Under the pieces are notes generated by a model, which did no database searches, had not been told where the DNA came from, and worked only from the letters and a program-made list of their open reading frames with translations. A stretch of 64,000 nucleotides of DNA from Heptranchias perlo (taxonomy: Eukaryota), in contig NC_090330.1 of the NCBI RefSeq assembly GCF_035084215.1, positions 102,858,001-102,922,000 of the forward strand. The letters run 5' to 3'. The position numbers and the translations under genes are program-made. Positions 1 to 12,849 of this stretch are shown in pieces (position 1 is the stretch's first letter; each line of letters opens with the position of its first letter).

Positions 1-388
1 CAAGTACAGAAATCAATAAAAGCTACTGGACAGATACAAAAAAGAATTCAAAAGGCTAATGGAATACTTGCCTTTATCTCGAGGGCTGGAATACAAAGGA
101 GTGAAAGTTATGTTACAGCTGTACAGAGCTCTGGTTAGAGCCCCTTTGGAGTACTTTGTTCAGTTCCGGGCACTGCATCTTAGGAAGGATTTTTGATACT
201 GGGGCTAAAAGGGTTAAGATATGAGGCCAGATTGCATAGACTAAGCTTGTATGTCCTTGAATATAGAAGATTAAGGGGTGATCTAATTGAGTGTATAAGA
301 TGATCAAAGGAGTTCACAGGGTAGATAGATTTCCTCTGGTGGGAATGGGAGAGTCCGGAACAAGGGGGCACAACCTTAAAATTAGAGC
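1..388 (+). mobile_element. CR1 LINE ORF2 3' fragment, degenerate
   Basis: Similar to the CR1 copies at 34653-35118 and 21648-22165 (GGCTAATGGAATACTTGCCTTTAT...GAATATAGAAGATTAAGGGGTGATCTAATTGAG...GGGGCACAACCTTAAAATTAGAGC); frameshifted. Confidence 0.85.
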
Positions 389-1950
389 AATTCATTTGCA
401 TTAATGAGATGAGACAGATACAAATGGCTCAGATTTGTGGCTAACCCAAAGATAACTAGCCTAATTCATTGACTCTTAAGTCTATGGCATTATTACTGAA
501 ATCTCAATGAATAAAATACAAACTCCATCAATAAAAACAATTGAAACTGAATCCAGAAATTATATGAGCTACAACTGGTGAAATCTCAGGTTTTATCCAG
601 TCGGACTGAGCCAAATTTAGACTCTCTTTGGTTTTTGTGGCCTAGATATACCCTTGTCAACTGTTGAGTATTGTATACCATATTCACCAATATAAGATTT
701 AAGGGAGCTGCCTAGTTGGTCAGTGTACCACAATGTACTAGGACATGTTTACTGGGAGATTCTTCACTCTAAATGTCATTAGGTAGGGCTTTCCTATATG
801 GAGGGTGTCGGCTTAGACTGTGCTCATTACAATGTCCCATGGACTAGCCATTGAGCATTAATGACCAAGGCCTTAAGTCACATTGCCCATCTGCTTCTTA
901 GCTGGGAACAATATACAATGCAGGGTGTCCTAAAAGAGGTTGAGAAAGTAAAATCATGTTTGTTTTAAATGAGCATAGAGGAATATTCTGGCTTTTCCCC
1001 AAATTTCACTTTTAACGCAAGAAATAATGCATCGCAATGTTCAGCCAATAGTTGTTTGTACCATATATGAGCAAAAATGGCTGTGGTTCACATCAAAATC
1101 CGAACAAAATTGCCTTTTCTCATGCAAAATCAGATTAAAAGGTTTGTTGGTATGGAATCTCAATAACGTCAGATTAGTCATGCAGTAAAACTACTGTCAC
1201 CAGGAGTTCTCTGTGGTCTAGAAGTGGCTGTTTGAGTTACCAGTCGACAAAACCTTAACTCAGTTGCATGACATTCCTCTTTCCGCAAACACTCAATTCT
1301 AAGCTTGTATGGTAATTGGTCCGATTAATGGCCGCACTATCCAGCCAGGAAAGTTGTGACTGAGAGGTTCATCTGACCTGTGTTTCTGTCGCTGAGTGAA
1401 TGCAAAGTCCCAATTTTACTTCCTTTTTTGATAATAAAAAAATGGGGAAAGAAACACAGTATTTAGTGAAACTGAAAAATCACTTAAAAAATAAACACCA
1501 AAACCTAAATAAAAACAAAGCGTCAGTAAAAATGATATTGTAATCAATTAGCAGGAGATCCATCTAGCCAGATTACCACCCAGGTGGAAAAGTTGAAAAT
1601 TATCCTAACTATCTTGAGCATAAAATTTCTTGGCAAACTGTTTATGTATTTATTGACTCCAGTGGTGTCCAAATTGCACTTGTGATGATGTGTTATATAT
1701 TAAAAATTTTTTTTTAAAGTTCTCTAATTGCTTTTCTAATGATATCCTTTTTTATAGTCTGTTTATTGGACTATTAAAAAGTAGGTAGAAACATGGTCTT
1801 TTTTAATTTTTATATAGAAGCAGTAAATTTTTTAAATTTCTGTTGGGGTTGTTTGCAAACTGCTTTTTTCCTCATTTTTTACAGTCTCTTTACTATTGCT
1901 TCTGCACTAAGATAATTCCATCTGTTGAGAACAGCTGTTACTGGAAATAT

Positions 1951-2052
1951 GGGCCTAGTCTGTCCGATTGCCGTTATTTTAACATCAGCAGTAACCTATT
2001 TTAAATGGGTTATCACTAGTGTTAAAATAATGCTGATCAGAAAATCTAGGCT
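1951..2052. mobile_element. Fold-back (hairpin) MITE relic
   Basis: Left arm GCCTAG...TTATTTTAACA...TAACCTATTT is an imperfect reverse complement of right arm AAATGGGTTA...TGTTAAAATAA...CTAGGC. Confidence 0.55.
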
Positions 2053-2593
2053 ATAAAGTCTGCTCCGCTTTACTATTGCCATTTATTACAACTTCATAAA
2101 ATGACTCTTGAAATCCTCTTGATTTCTCTTTCTTCCCTTCGCCCTCCCACATGCCTGCGATAATTAAATTTATTTGATGTGTTTAGATCATAGAGGCTGC
2201 CACTGAGTAACTGAACTAAAACCCAGCTTTAAGTTAACCTTGAAATCAAGGACTCTCTTACTCTGAATGTTCATGAAAGTGGTTTGTAGTGTAGTATATA
2301 TTCAATTGCTGATAAACACATACCTGATCCAAGCCTGAAATTTCGATAAGCTAAGTTCCACATTCTCCCATTTTGTGCAGTTTCTATTCAAGCATATTAC
2401 TGGACTATGTAATGTGGATTCAATATACTTAATTTAAACAAGGTTATAATATGACTCTGCAAATTATTATATATCTCAACAAAAGGAAAGATTAGCTTAA
2501 TCCAAAGTGATATAACAGTGCCCACTGAATCAGTTACCCATTCAAAATGGCCACCACCTATTTTAATCATGTCATTTAAAAAATATTTTAAAG

Positions 2594-3025
2594 GTGTCAG
2601 CTTTGGCCTCTGAGGTAGAAGGTTGTGGGTTAAAGTTTCACTCCAGAGACTTGAGCCCAAACTCTCGGTTGACACTCCATTTCAGTGTCGAGGGAGTGCT
2701 GCACTGTCGGAGGTGCCATCTTTCGGATGAGACATTAAAGCAAGGCCCTGTCTGCCCGCTCGGGTCGACGTAAAAGATCCCATAGCACCATTTCGAAGCG
2801 TTCTCCCCGGTGTCCTGGCCAATATTTATCCTTCAACCAACATCACTAAAACAGATTATCTGGTCATTACCACGTTGCTGTTTGCAGGTCCTTGCTGTGC
2901 GCAAATTAGCTGCTGCGTTTCCTACATTACAACAGTGACTACACTTCAGAAGTATTCATTGGCTGTAAATCACTTTGGACGCCCTGAGGTCTTGAAAGGC
3001 GCGATATAAGTGCAAGTCTTTCTTA
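2594..3025 (+). mobile_element. DeuSINE (SacSINE1-like), A-box region deleted
   Basis: Deu-domain core GGATGAGACATTAAAGCAAGG...AAAAGATCCCAT...CCCCGGTGTCCTGGCCAATATT and tail AAAGGCGCGATATAAGTGCAAGT; colinear with 9618-10078. Confidence 0.85.
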
Positions 3026-3495
3026 CTTTCATAGCACATTGACTTCACTGGAAAGGAAAATCAGGCAGGGCCAATCCACTAATGTCCATTTTGTACCCCT
3101 GCCAATGCTGAATTTCACCTGCAATTTATCTACAATTTAATTTGGAAAAAATGTTTATTTAAAGGTAGTTTCTAAAAAAAAAACTGATTTTGAAACCATG
3201 GGCAATTACTCATAAAGAAAGGAATGCTTCGAGTTCAGTCGAGCCTTGTATGCAAACCTGATGCAGAAATTATGCATGCAAATTTCAAGCAAGTTCCTAG
3301 ATGTTCTTGATACAGTCAGTTGTGCTGCATACATGTTTGATTTTGTCAATTTTATTGACTTAATGCAAATAACAAGTTTGGCCTAATTAACCCTTAAAGC
3401 AAGAGCTTCAAATACATTAAGTATAAAATGCAAAATTTGCAAAGTCGTAGCAAGACATATAATTTTCATCCTTTTAGTTGCAACAAGTCACCGTT

Positions 3496-4116
3496 GGGTA
3501 GAAATTCAAATTACGGTCGCCTGTTTTGCGCTTGTAAATAGGGCGCTTCACATTGTGACCTGTCATGCCTGGATATAGGCCGGAGGTTTGCTGGATACCA
3601 TATTGGTTCAGGTCACTTTTAGTCGTCCAAGGCATTAGGCTCCTTATATATGCAAATCAGGTCCTAGGAGCGTGAGTGCGAAATTCAGGTACAAATTGGC
3701 AGAGCTTGCGCCATGCATGGTCTGCCTAGTCATAGCAGTTCTTGAGTGGCCTAACCAGTGGTTCTTAAACAGACCGCTGAAGCAAGTTCAAAAAAAGCTG
3801 GAGTGTTTCTCCTGAGCCCACAAAAAAAAAATTCGGCCCGCTGCAGGCGCATTTCAGGCCAACCACCTACCCCCCGCCCCTCCCCGATCGCCTCTCCCCC
3901 CTCAGACCTGACCTGCCGGCTGAATCCACGTGAGAGCTGACCGATTTTCTGCCCTCCCCAACCGGCAGTGACGTGCCTCTTTGGCACCTGTTTCATGCCT
4001 GCAGCTCGCTGGGCAACATTTAATTGTGGCCTGATACAGGCTGGTACTGACTGTCACACGGAGCAGTTGCTCTGCTGATTTTGTGCCCGTTTTGGGTGCA
4101 AGTTGAATTTCTCCCC
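3496..4116. mobile_element. Non-autonomous DNA transposon (Harbinger-like MITE)
   Basis: TIRs GGGTAGAAATTCAA / TTGAATTTCTCCCC (13/14 match), GC-rich interior. Confidence 0.65.
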
Positions 4117-4641
4117 CCATGCGTCGCAAGGGGACACTGATTACTGATGCATAACTTTCCCCGTCCAGCTATGCTACTGGGGAAAGTTGACATGTACTGA
4201 CAGAACTGCCAGTCACTGGAAGCAACCTCCCACCTCTAGCATCCCCCCTCCAATTGGATAGGTTGCCAGCTCTGTCAGTGACAACAGGTGTATATTTCAT
4301 CGCTAGACTAGATCGATTGGACTTTGGATCCCTGTCTGTCTCACTAGATTTCAGTTAAAAGGATATATGTACTTAAGCCAGGTGCAAGATGGTGCCATGT
4401 AATCAAATCTTAACTTTTATCCTGCTGTAAGAATAATCAATTCTATAAGAAGCGCTTTAAGGAAGTGAGGAGGCCCGAGATAAATTTAGACCAGAAATGT
4501 ATTTGCAGTTATCTAACCTTGTCCAGTTCAGATTATTTCTGGTTTGGATTGGACAACAGATCACGGGGATCAGGTGGTCATCACTAAACTGTCAGTTTGA
4601 AGATATTTATTTTTGCACTGAAGGTTATCACTCTGGCCCCA

Positions 4642-4933
4642 ATAAGAACATAAGAAATAGGAGCAAGAGTAGGCCAGATGGCTCCTTGAGCCTGCTCCAC
4701 CATTCAATAAGATCATGGCTGATCTTCAACCTCAACTCCACTTTCCTGCCCGATCCCCATATCCCTTGATTCCCCTAGAGGCCAAAAATCTATCTATACT
4801 CAATGACTCAGCTTCCACAGCCCTCTGGGGTAGAGAATTCCAAAGATTAACTACCCTCTGAGTGAAGAAATTCCTCCTCGTCTCAGTCTTAAATGGCCGA
4901 CCCCTTATCCTGAGACTGTGCCCTCAAGTTCTA
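4642..4933 (-). mobile_element. CR1 (HER1-type) 3' end
   Basis: Reverse-complemented tail ATAAGAACATAAGAAATAGGAGC...CATTCAATAAGATCATGGCTGATC; same tail as 18603-20460. Confidence 0.85.
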
Positions 4934-5905
4934 AATGTAGAGACTAGCTGCTTATCCTGCGATTGGTGGGAGATACGATGTTTCTGCACGTGTAAGCTTA
5001 CTTAAAGAGGCCAAATCTCAAATAATCACATTGAATAAAATTTGTACAATTGCAAGTTAACACAAAATGGCTCAGTTGCTGTTCAGATTCATCTCTGTTT
5101 GCTTCCTTAAAGTGCTTATTATGGCAGTTGCCATTATTGCAATTTCTATTTACTTGGCAAGGTAAGAGTAAAGATTTGATTTAAACAAGATAACACCTCT
5201 TTTAGATATGGTTTAAGTTAAGTTAGTTATATGCTCATTGCAATGTCATTATTTGCTTTAGAGTTACAATGGCACATCTATCACTGCAGGTAACAAATAG
5301 GAAATCTGTAACAGCACTTGGAGACTGGCATCAGGGAATGAACACATAGGGGAAAGATTGCTGCCATTTGCTATTATAGCAAATAGCAAACAGTCAAAAT
5401 CTTCCCCCATAGATTTAGATCTACATAGTTCTGATGGGGATGAATCTGTTTTGTGCCTTTGCCATTGATGGGTTGTGAAACACCCAAATAAATTGTTGTA
5501 CACATACAATTAATCTCCACGTATGCAGTTTCTTCTACATTAGTATTATGTCTGGTGCCAGGCATTAATTTTTGTTATAGTTGTATTATGTTGCATGTGC
5601 TGGTTGCTGTCTTACACAGGTCACTATATGGTGTTCCAACGTGATGTACAACAAGATGGCAGAATGTAAGCCCATGCCTGCAATTTCCACGGTCTAATTT
5701 CAGATCTTAGCCCTCCTCCCGGGCACAGTGTGATTGACCAGGTGAGCTGCCAATCAAACTGTCAGCATTTTCCTCCACATTAGTTTTAAACAATTGAGGT
5801 TCATTAACACTTTCCAGGCAAGCTATTGTTTAGAATGGCTTTGTTCATGTGAGTTCAGTGGTGGGGGCGGGGGGGTTTCTCCCAGGTAGGTCCTCACCTA
5901 AGAGG

Positions 5906-6024
5906 TGGAGATGCCGGTGATGGACTGGGGTTAACAATTGTAAACAATTTTACAACACCAAGTTATAGTCCAACGATTTTATTTTTAATCCCACAAGCTT
6001 TCGGGGGCTTTCCCCTTCCTCAGG
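5906..6024 (-). mobile_element. Penelope-like terminal-repeat insert with minimal hammerhead core; 11-bp TSD
   Basis: Flanked by CACCTAAGAGG at 5895-5905 and 6025-6035; minus strand begins C-CTGAGGA-A-GGGG-AAAGC-CCCC-GAAA-GC-TT-GTG, followed by AATAAA. Confidence 0.7.
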
Positions 6025-6282
6025 CACCTAAGAGGGCAGTAGCTGATTAGATTGACAGTTTAACGAGCCAACACAGAGAGCTGGGGGAGGGTCAGAAGTG
6101 ATGACTTTGGCTTCCAATCTAGCTGAGACAAGCTGACACACAGTCGAGAGAAACCTGGAATAGAAGCTAGATACACAAGGGGAGAGAACTCCTTTCTTAA
6201 GTTTACAGGCCTACTCGTTTCAGAGAATTGCTAAGCACTAAAGTGTATTTAGTTTGTTAACAGGGATAGTGTGGCACGTGTT

Positions 6283-6662
6283 GTTGATTTTAAAATTCTT
6301 ATCCTTGTTTCCCTATCTCTGCAACCTCCTCCAGACCTACTCCTATCCAAGACCTCTGTGCTCCTACAATTCTGGCCTCTTGCACATCCCCAATTTTCAT
6401 TGCTCCACCATTGGCAGCTGTGCCTTCAGCTGCATAGGCCCTAAACCCTGGAATTCCCTCACTAAACCTCGCTGCCTCTCTACCTCCCTCTCCTCCTTTA
6501 AGACGCTCCTTAGAACCTATCACTTTGACCAAGCATTTGGTCACCTGTCCTAATATCTCCTATGAAGCTTGGTGTCAAATTTTGTTTGATAAAACTTCTG
6601 TGAATTGCCTTGGGACGTTTTACTATATTAAAGACGCTATATAAATGCAAATTGTTGTTGTT
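6283..6662 (+). mobile_element. L2 LINE 3' end
   Basis: Encodes FKILIL...PTIGSCAFSCIGPKPWNSL...SFKTLLRTYHF (L2 C-terminus); tail GCTATATAAATGCAAATTGTTGTTG. Confidence 0.85.
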
Positions 6663-7424
6663 TTATGTTACAAGGAGCATTATGAAATAAACTTAAATTC
6701 ACTGTAAATGTCATTCTGTGCATTCACATATATGTGATTTAAATTAGCCTCATGTCACTGGAGTATATATCAGTCGACCTTCCAGAAGTCAGGAGAATTG
6801 CATATGAGAGCACGCGCAAGATTACAGTATCCAGTTCACATAACAAGGGGTTTCGTTGTCATGACTCCTGGATCATGCTATCATATGACAAGATATTGGG
6901 CAATAAAGTTAACTCCTCATCATAGGGGACGTGGGATCCACCTACGGGAGAGACCAGTGGTACTGAACCCAAGTGGATAACTTGTGCTGACCTGAAATTT
7001 GTAATAGTTGCTTTGGGGCAACAGTGGCTAATACCACTGGAAATGGTAACTTTGTGATGATATGGCAGTTGTCAGGTTTCTCCTCCCCGCCAACATCTTT
7101 TTCCAGTTTTGAAGAGTTGTTGACCACTTCCTCTTTTTTTCCTCTTCCTCTCCTGAGGGCACTAACTCATGCCAGGGCACAGGATTTGTGGAGACTAAAT
7201 ACACCCTGGCAGCTCGCTGAAGTGGCCATTCTTGCTGTGCCAGCCTAGGCAGTCAGTGTCGGCAAGGCATTTGACCGAGGAGACATTACAGCCAAAACTG
7301 CCCCTGCCCCCACCCGGTCAGCATGAGGTATTACAGTATTCTGTGGCACTGGGCTATTGAGGAAGCTCTTTTGGAATGATCTGATCGATATGTTGGACAC
7401 AGTTTTGTGACTGAGCTGGGAAGA

Positions 7425-8054
7425 CGAGGGGTGGGGGGGGTGGAATTCCTGACAGGAAACCCGGAAGTATGGGTTTCCCAGACGTCCGTACGATTTTGAC
7501 GTAAAGACGTCTTTTATTTTTTATATGTTGGTTTCCTGCCCGACAAGCCAGTCTGCTTGACAGGCTGGCCATCAGTCGGACAGGAGAAGAGGAAAGGAAG
7601 CAGATTCGAGAAGGTAAGTCTTAGATGGGGAGGGGGGGTATCGGTGGTCATCGGGGGTGCTCGGAGATCGTGGGGGGTGTCGGAGATCGTGGGGGTGTGG
7701 CAGTGGTCGCTGTAGGTAGGCTTGTTGGCCTGAGGGAAGCACTCCTGCACGTAGCTGCTGTTTCGGGCCTTCTTGCCTCCTCACACATGACGTGAAGCAG
7801 AAGGCCTGGGAATCCTGGCCCTCGGGAGTTAAAAATAAAAAAGCTGTAAAAATGGAGGCCCGCAGCCTCCCTGAAAACTTTCAGTGACCGACCCGCCTCC
7901 TGAGAGCGGGTTGGTCGCCCACCCCTCGTCCTGCCTCCATTGAAACCGGAAGTGGGCGGGTTGGAGGTGGGTTGGGGTCTGGCTTTAGTTTATAAAAATT
8001 TTTACTGCCACCCCGTCCCCAACCCACCGTTCTTCTGGGTTAAAATTTAGGCCC
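7425..8054. mobile_element. GC-rich non-autonomous DNA transposon, 5' truncated
   Basis: Ends GGTTAAAATTTAGGCCC like other MITE termini in the window; internal GGAGATCGTGGGGG repeats resemble the 16530-17003 element. Confidence 0.5.
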
Positions 8055-8809
8055 TAGTGTTACTGTTACCACGTGACAGATGTAAATGCCATGCTTGTTA
8101 TATCTCACCGAACGGGTCAGCCCTGACGGCAGCACAAGCAACGGAGAAGAAATAAGCAGGACAAGTGGGAGAAAATGTGAAATGTAAGGGTAAAATCAAC
8201 AAAAAAATAGCTTCCTATGCAAACTCTAGTCACATTACACGGATGTGACATAATGAATAAAAGACTTTTTCTACGATGCCTAGCTGCTACACTTAATGAG
8301 TAATGTTTATTTGTAAATTTGATGGTTCATGAAGCTTTTTCTTGTTTAAGAAATGAGTTGAAGATTTATTGTTAATGCTTCCATGGGCTTTTTATTAACA
8401 AAAGATGATATGTCACTTTTATTGATGACCAAATATATTTTGATGTGAGAAACAATGCCGCAGATTTCACTAAAAATATCTCTGCCCATTCTTTGAAAAC
8501 AAAGTGGCTGAATTTACCAAAGGTTTTTATAGATATCCTCTGATACCTGTTGCCAGGGCTACCTGTAACAGGTGATTTACACTATTGTTCACGACCTAAG
8601 AGTAAAATTGTGATCTGGTATTAATCTGCCCTTATCAGGACATGATCCAAAATGTGTTCATATCAGAATTATGTATGAAGATGCTATTGTAATTTTTAGC
8701 ACTTCTGTATATTAGCCATAATTTAATTGTGGTTGATTACCAAAATATTGTAGATTGAATTGTCAGCCGTAGTAGAACTGAGGAGCTCAGGTGATTAGGG
8801 AAATGAAAC

Positions 8810-9175
8810 AGTTTTTTTCTCACTGGCCTCTTGAAGCTGTTGACTTCTCTTACCTCACCCACATGGCATTTTATTACATATGAGCCCAGATTGTGAGCGT
8901 CAACAGGCTATTTTCCCATGGAAGGCATCACAGCTGAGTCTGATGTTATTCACACATGCACACTTTCTATTAAGGGTCACTGAGTAGCAATCAACAGCAG
9001 GATATTAAATGTCCTTTGACATTTATTTTTCCCCTCCCTAACCTAATGGCATTTTTAGTGCCCTGTGTTAGATTAGCTTCTGCAGGACAAACTTTGGATC
9101 AAAACCAGGACCGTTCCTGGTCTGTATGGCTCAGTATCACTCCTCAAGCTGTTTTTACTAATTGATCCATCAGGA
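8810..9175 (-). mobile_element. Old tRNA-derived SINE (second, unnamed family)
   Basis: Shares CCAGGACC.TTCCTGGTCTGTATGGCTCAGT and CACATGCACACTTTC...GGGTCACTG blocks with about ten other copies. Confidence 0.6.
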
Positions 9176-9617
9176 AAATCTTTGGAGTAGTTTCTACGAC
9201 CGTCACCTGAACCCTGAGTTAGGTAACTGAGTTGAAATCACTACATGGATTCTAGTATTTTTCATAATGTGTAGTGTATACTTTGCATTGGTTATGTGTC
9301 TGTTCTCGTAATCGCTCTGACCATCATGTCATTGATCTGTGACAGTGCTCTAGAATTAATGATTGCGATTGAGAAGTAATTTGCAGTTTGTCGTCAGAAA
9401 ATTGACCAGACACCATGTGTTGTAAAAGTTTCCTTTTTTCTATATAACTATATTCTTAATTTTCTAAATCAGTTTGAGAATACAAGCCAATTGCACAATT
9501 GGCTGGGCAGGTGGCGAGGACATTGTGCATTACACTGGGTAGTAATGCTTGCCTCATGCGAGTAAGAATACTTCCTTGAAGGGATGTCAGCAATGGAATC
9601 CCATTGATTTTTTTCCG

Positions 9618-10078
9618 GTATCAGCTGTGGCTCAGTGGGCAGCACGCTCATCTCTGAGTCAGAAGGTTGTGGGTTCAAGCTTCACTCCAGAGACTTGAGC
9701 ACAAAATCTAGGCTGACACTCCAGTGCAGTGCTGAGGGAGTGCTGCACTGTCGGAGGTGCCGTCTTTCAGATGAGACGTTAAACTGAGGCCCCGCCTGCC
9801 CTCTCAGGTGGATTTAAAAGATCACCTGGCACTATTTCGAAGAAGAACAGGAGAATTCACCCCAATGTCCTGGGCCAATATTTATTTCTCATCCAACACC
9901 TAAGAACAGCTTATCTGGTCATTATCTCATTGCTGTTTGTGGGAGCTTGCTGTGCGCAAATTGGCTGCCATGTTTCCTATATTACGACAGTGACTACGCT
10001 TCAAAAGTACTTCATTGGCTGTAAAGCGCTTTGGAGCATCCTGAGGTCGTGAAAGGCGCTATATAAATGCAAGTTCTT
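9618..10078 (+). mobile_element. DeuSINE (SacSINE1-like), full length
   Basis: Pol III A-box TGGCTCAGTGG, B-box GGTTCAAG, Deu core GATGAGACGTTAAACTGAGG, tail AAAGGCGCTATATAAATGCAAGT. Confidence 0.9.
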
Positions 10079-10169
10079 CCTTTTCTAAAACGATCTGCAT
10101 GCAGAACATCCGAGGAACAGAGAAAGTGTGAATAAAACAGGGAAGTGGGCATTTCAGTAAAAATTATTT

Positions 10170-10810
10170 TTCCAATTTACTTCCCTCACTGGCCGCTCCT
10201 CCTCTGAAAGTAGTGAATGAAACTGCGGTATGAATCTGTGGGGTGTTGACAGTGTCCTCAGATCTCCTCAATTAAGCGACAGTTCTTCAAGATGAGCCTA
10301 GTCAGACTTTTTGAATGGGGGGAAAGTGCTGGCACTGGCACCATAGCAGAGCCCAATTTGCTCTTTAACTGGCACTCACGCACATGATTATTCTATCATG
10401 GGGTCTCTGGAACTCTACGAACATATGAAATTGATGGGAAAGAAGAAAGCAGCTGCTCCATCAAGCCTGCCCCACACCTCATGATGGCTGGAGCATCCTG
10501 GCTAAACACCTCCCCACACGCCTTTGGGAGAGGCAAAGAAACGGAGCAAAAACCCAGGATCAATAAGGGAAAAAATACCCTGGAAAATTCCTCTCCGACC
10601 CTCTCAGTTGATCGAAACCAATCCAGGAGATTGTGTCTGGCTGATTCTCTTTCCTTTCTCCCTTATTCCCTAGATAAGGGATGGTGATGCCAGGTGTAAC
10701 ACTATTGATCACCGGCTGAAATCAGTAAACTGACCAGAAATCAGACCTGGGACCTTCCTGGTCTGTGTGACTCAGTACCAAACCGTTTGATGCATTTAGC
10801 CACCGAGCAG
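10170..10810 (-). mobile_element. Old tRNA-derived SINE interrupted by a CR1 3'UTR fragment (~10417-10640)
   Basis: SINE blocks on both sides (CCTGGGACCTTCCTGGTCTGTGTGACTCAGTACC); insert has GGAAAATTCCTCTCCGACCC, resembling CR1 3'UTRs. Confidence 0.5.
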
Positions 10811-12349
10811 TAAAAAGTACTGTTTTGCAGAAATGTATTTTTATTTTTGTTCACGAAATGCAGCAATTGTACAATTTGATCCCCTAAAAAAAAGTGCAAA
10901 TGGATCGATAACGTCAAGCGTACAGTTCAGCCAAATTCAAATATGAGTTTAGTGTGGAAGTCAAGGGTTAAAGTAAAGAAGCATTTCTCAAATGCTTTGC
11001 TCTGTGAAGGATAAAATAAGTTATTTTACCTTAACTAGCAGGGAATGACCCCTGCTTGCAGAAACCCAACATCTGTGTGCAAATGAAAGAATATTTATAC
11101 AGAGAGGGAGTCACAGAGGACATATCATAAGCCAAGAAAGTAGTTCTGCTAGAGTAGCGGCACTAAAAAGAAACAGTTTAGATCTGGATGTGCTTCATTG
11201 GCCATTTGTATACAAGACAAAGAAGCTCAGCCATGTGGTTCGAAACCATCTCGGAACTAATTTTCCACAACATAAACCCAATGTGTCCTTTATTTCTTGG
11301 TAAATGTAAGCTGAAAGGTTGAGCTTGTCTTGCATTTTGTGGAATATGCAAACTACTCCACCTTCTAAACTTCTATTATGGGCTTGGCTTGTGCAGCAGC
11401 TCAGTCTTGAGTGGAAGGGAACAGATGAGAAAACCCATTTTGTCATTGTTTTGGGTTCCACCTTCTCCCAGCTAACAATATGGATATAAAGTAAAACAGC
11501 AAGTGAGGGAAAACAGCATGAGAAGGGAAACCACTGGAAGTACATTTCTGGTCCACACCTGATACATTAAACTGTTCTTCTTTTTAATTTCCTTAATACT
11601 CTTTAGACTTGCTGAATATTTACAGCATGTTCTGGTACAGATTCCCTGGCTCTTTGAAAGCCAGTGAAAACATGGTCAAATTCAGTGCTGGAGTACAGCC
11701 ACAATGGACAGGAACATTGATCAGAAGACAGGGCTTATAGTGTGACTCCAGTTCATAGTGTCCACCCAGCAAGGCTCCATTCCAGGAGTGCAGCCTTGCT
11801 GAATTTGCCTTCTAATACCTGCCAACATCAAGGAATTAAATCCCCCTCAAACGTCTGGCTGTATCATTCCACCGCCCACCACCACCCCCAACCTTCCTCC
11901 CCTGCTCTGGATAGGAGTTCAGTGTAAGCAGCAGGTTCACAGCTTGCGAGAGGCAACAGCCTAGCCTCCTCAAAGTGTGAAAGGTCAAAGCTGGCACAGC
12001 TTTTAATGCACGGGCTGTGGAATTACACCTTTGATTTGAAATAAATTTCTTATGGGAATGTGGTGCTGGCATTCATTAAATGAATGCTGAATGTTTAATG
12101 AATCCTGCACCAGAGATTGAAAACTTATTCGATTCTCATTTTCCTTTGTGAGGCAAGAGGGAGGTGGGGAAAGTTGTAGGTACATTGTAATCGGCAGTTC
12201 CTAATGAAGAGAATTTTTAAAAAACATAAAGGTATAGACATTTTAGGGGGTAGCTGTAGTAATGAAGTAAAAATTACAATAAACATGCTTTGAACAGTTT
12301 ATTAATGTGCTGTGGGCCTAAATTACAAGTAAAATGTGCTGAAAAGCAT

Positions 12350-12800
12350 TAGAATCATAGAATCTCACAGCTCAGAAGGAGGCCATTCGGCCCACTGTGC
12401 CTGTGCCAGAAGATTCCTGCTATGTGCTGAGTTGGTGATCACAGCCACTGCAATTGGCCTCAGTGCTGCTGGGCCAGGGAGAGGAAAAATAAGGCAGTGT
12501 TCCTGATTTCTGTTCAGTAACTCTAGCCGGAAGTATGCATGAGTGCAAGTTACATAGGAACAGGAGTAGGCCATTCAGCCCCTCGAGCCTGTTCCGCCAT
12601 TCATTTAGATCATGGCTGATCTGTATCTTGACTCCATCTATCCGCCTTTGTTCCGTAAGCCTTAATATCCTAGCCTAACAGGACACAATTGGGCTGAACT
12701 GTGATCACTTCAATGGGGGTGTGGCCTGCTGACACTCCCTATCTCAGCTCACGCATTAGTAACAGCCACTCGAATGAGCTACTGGAGGACCCACACTCAC
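12350..12800. mobile_element. CR1 tails (-) at 12350-12408 and 12548-12680, the second nested in a + strand old SINE
   Basis: AGAATCATAGAATC and CATAGGAACAGGAGTAGGCCATTCAGCCCC tails; SINE blocks TGTGCTGAGTTGGTGATC...CAATTGGCCTCAG. Confidence 0.65.
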
Positions 12801-12849
12801 TTCTGGTTCCCCAGTGCCTCAAATTTTTTTTTTTTTGGTTTTTAAACCC

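Noticed and set aside
4152-4280. Two short inverted repeats as a structured ncRNA
   Set aside because: Short imperfect stems next to a MITE; most simply decayed transposon ends
9618-9700. tRNA gene (A and B boxes), also at 17263 and 32070-32138
   Set aside because: tRNA-derived SINE heads continuing into the Deu domain; no complete cloverleaf
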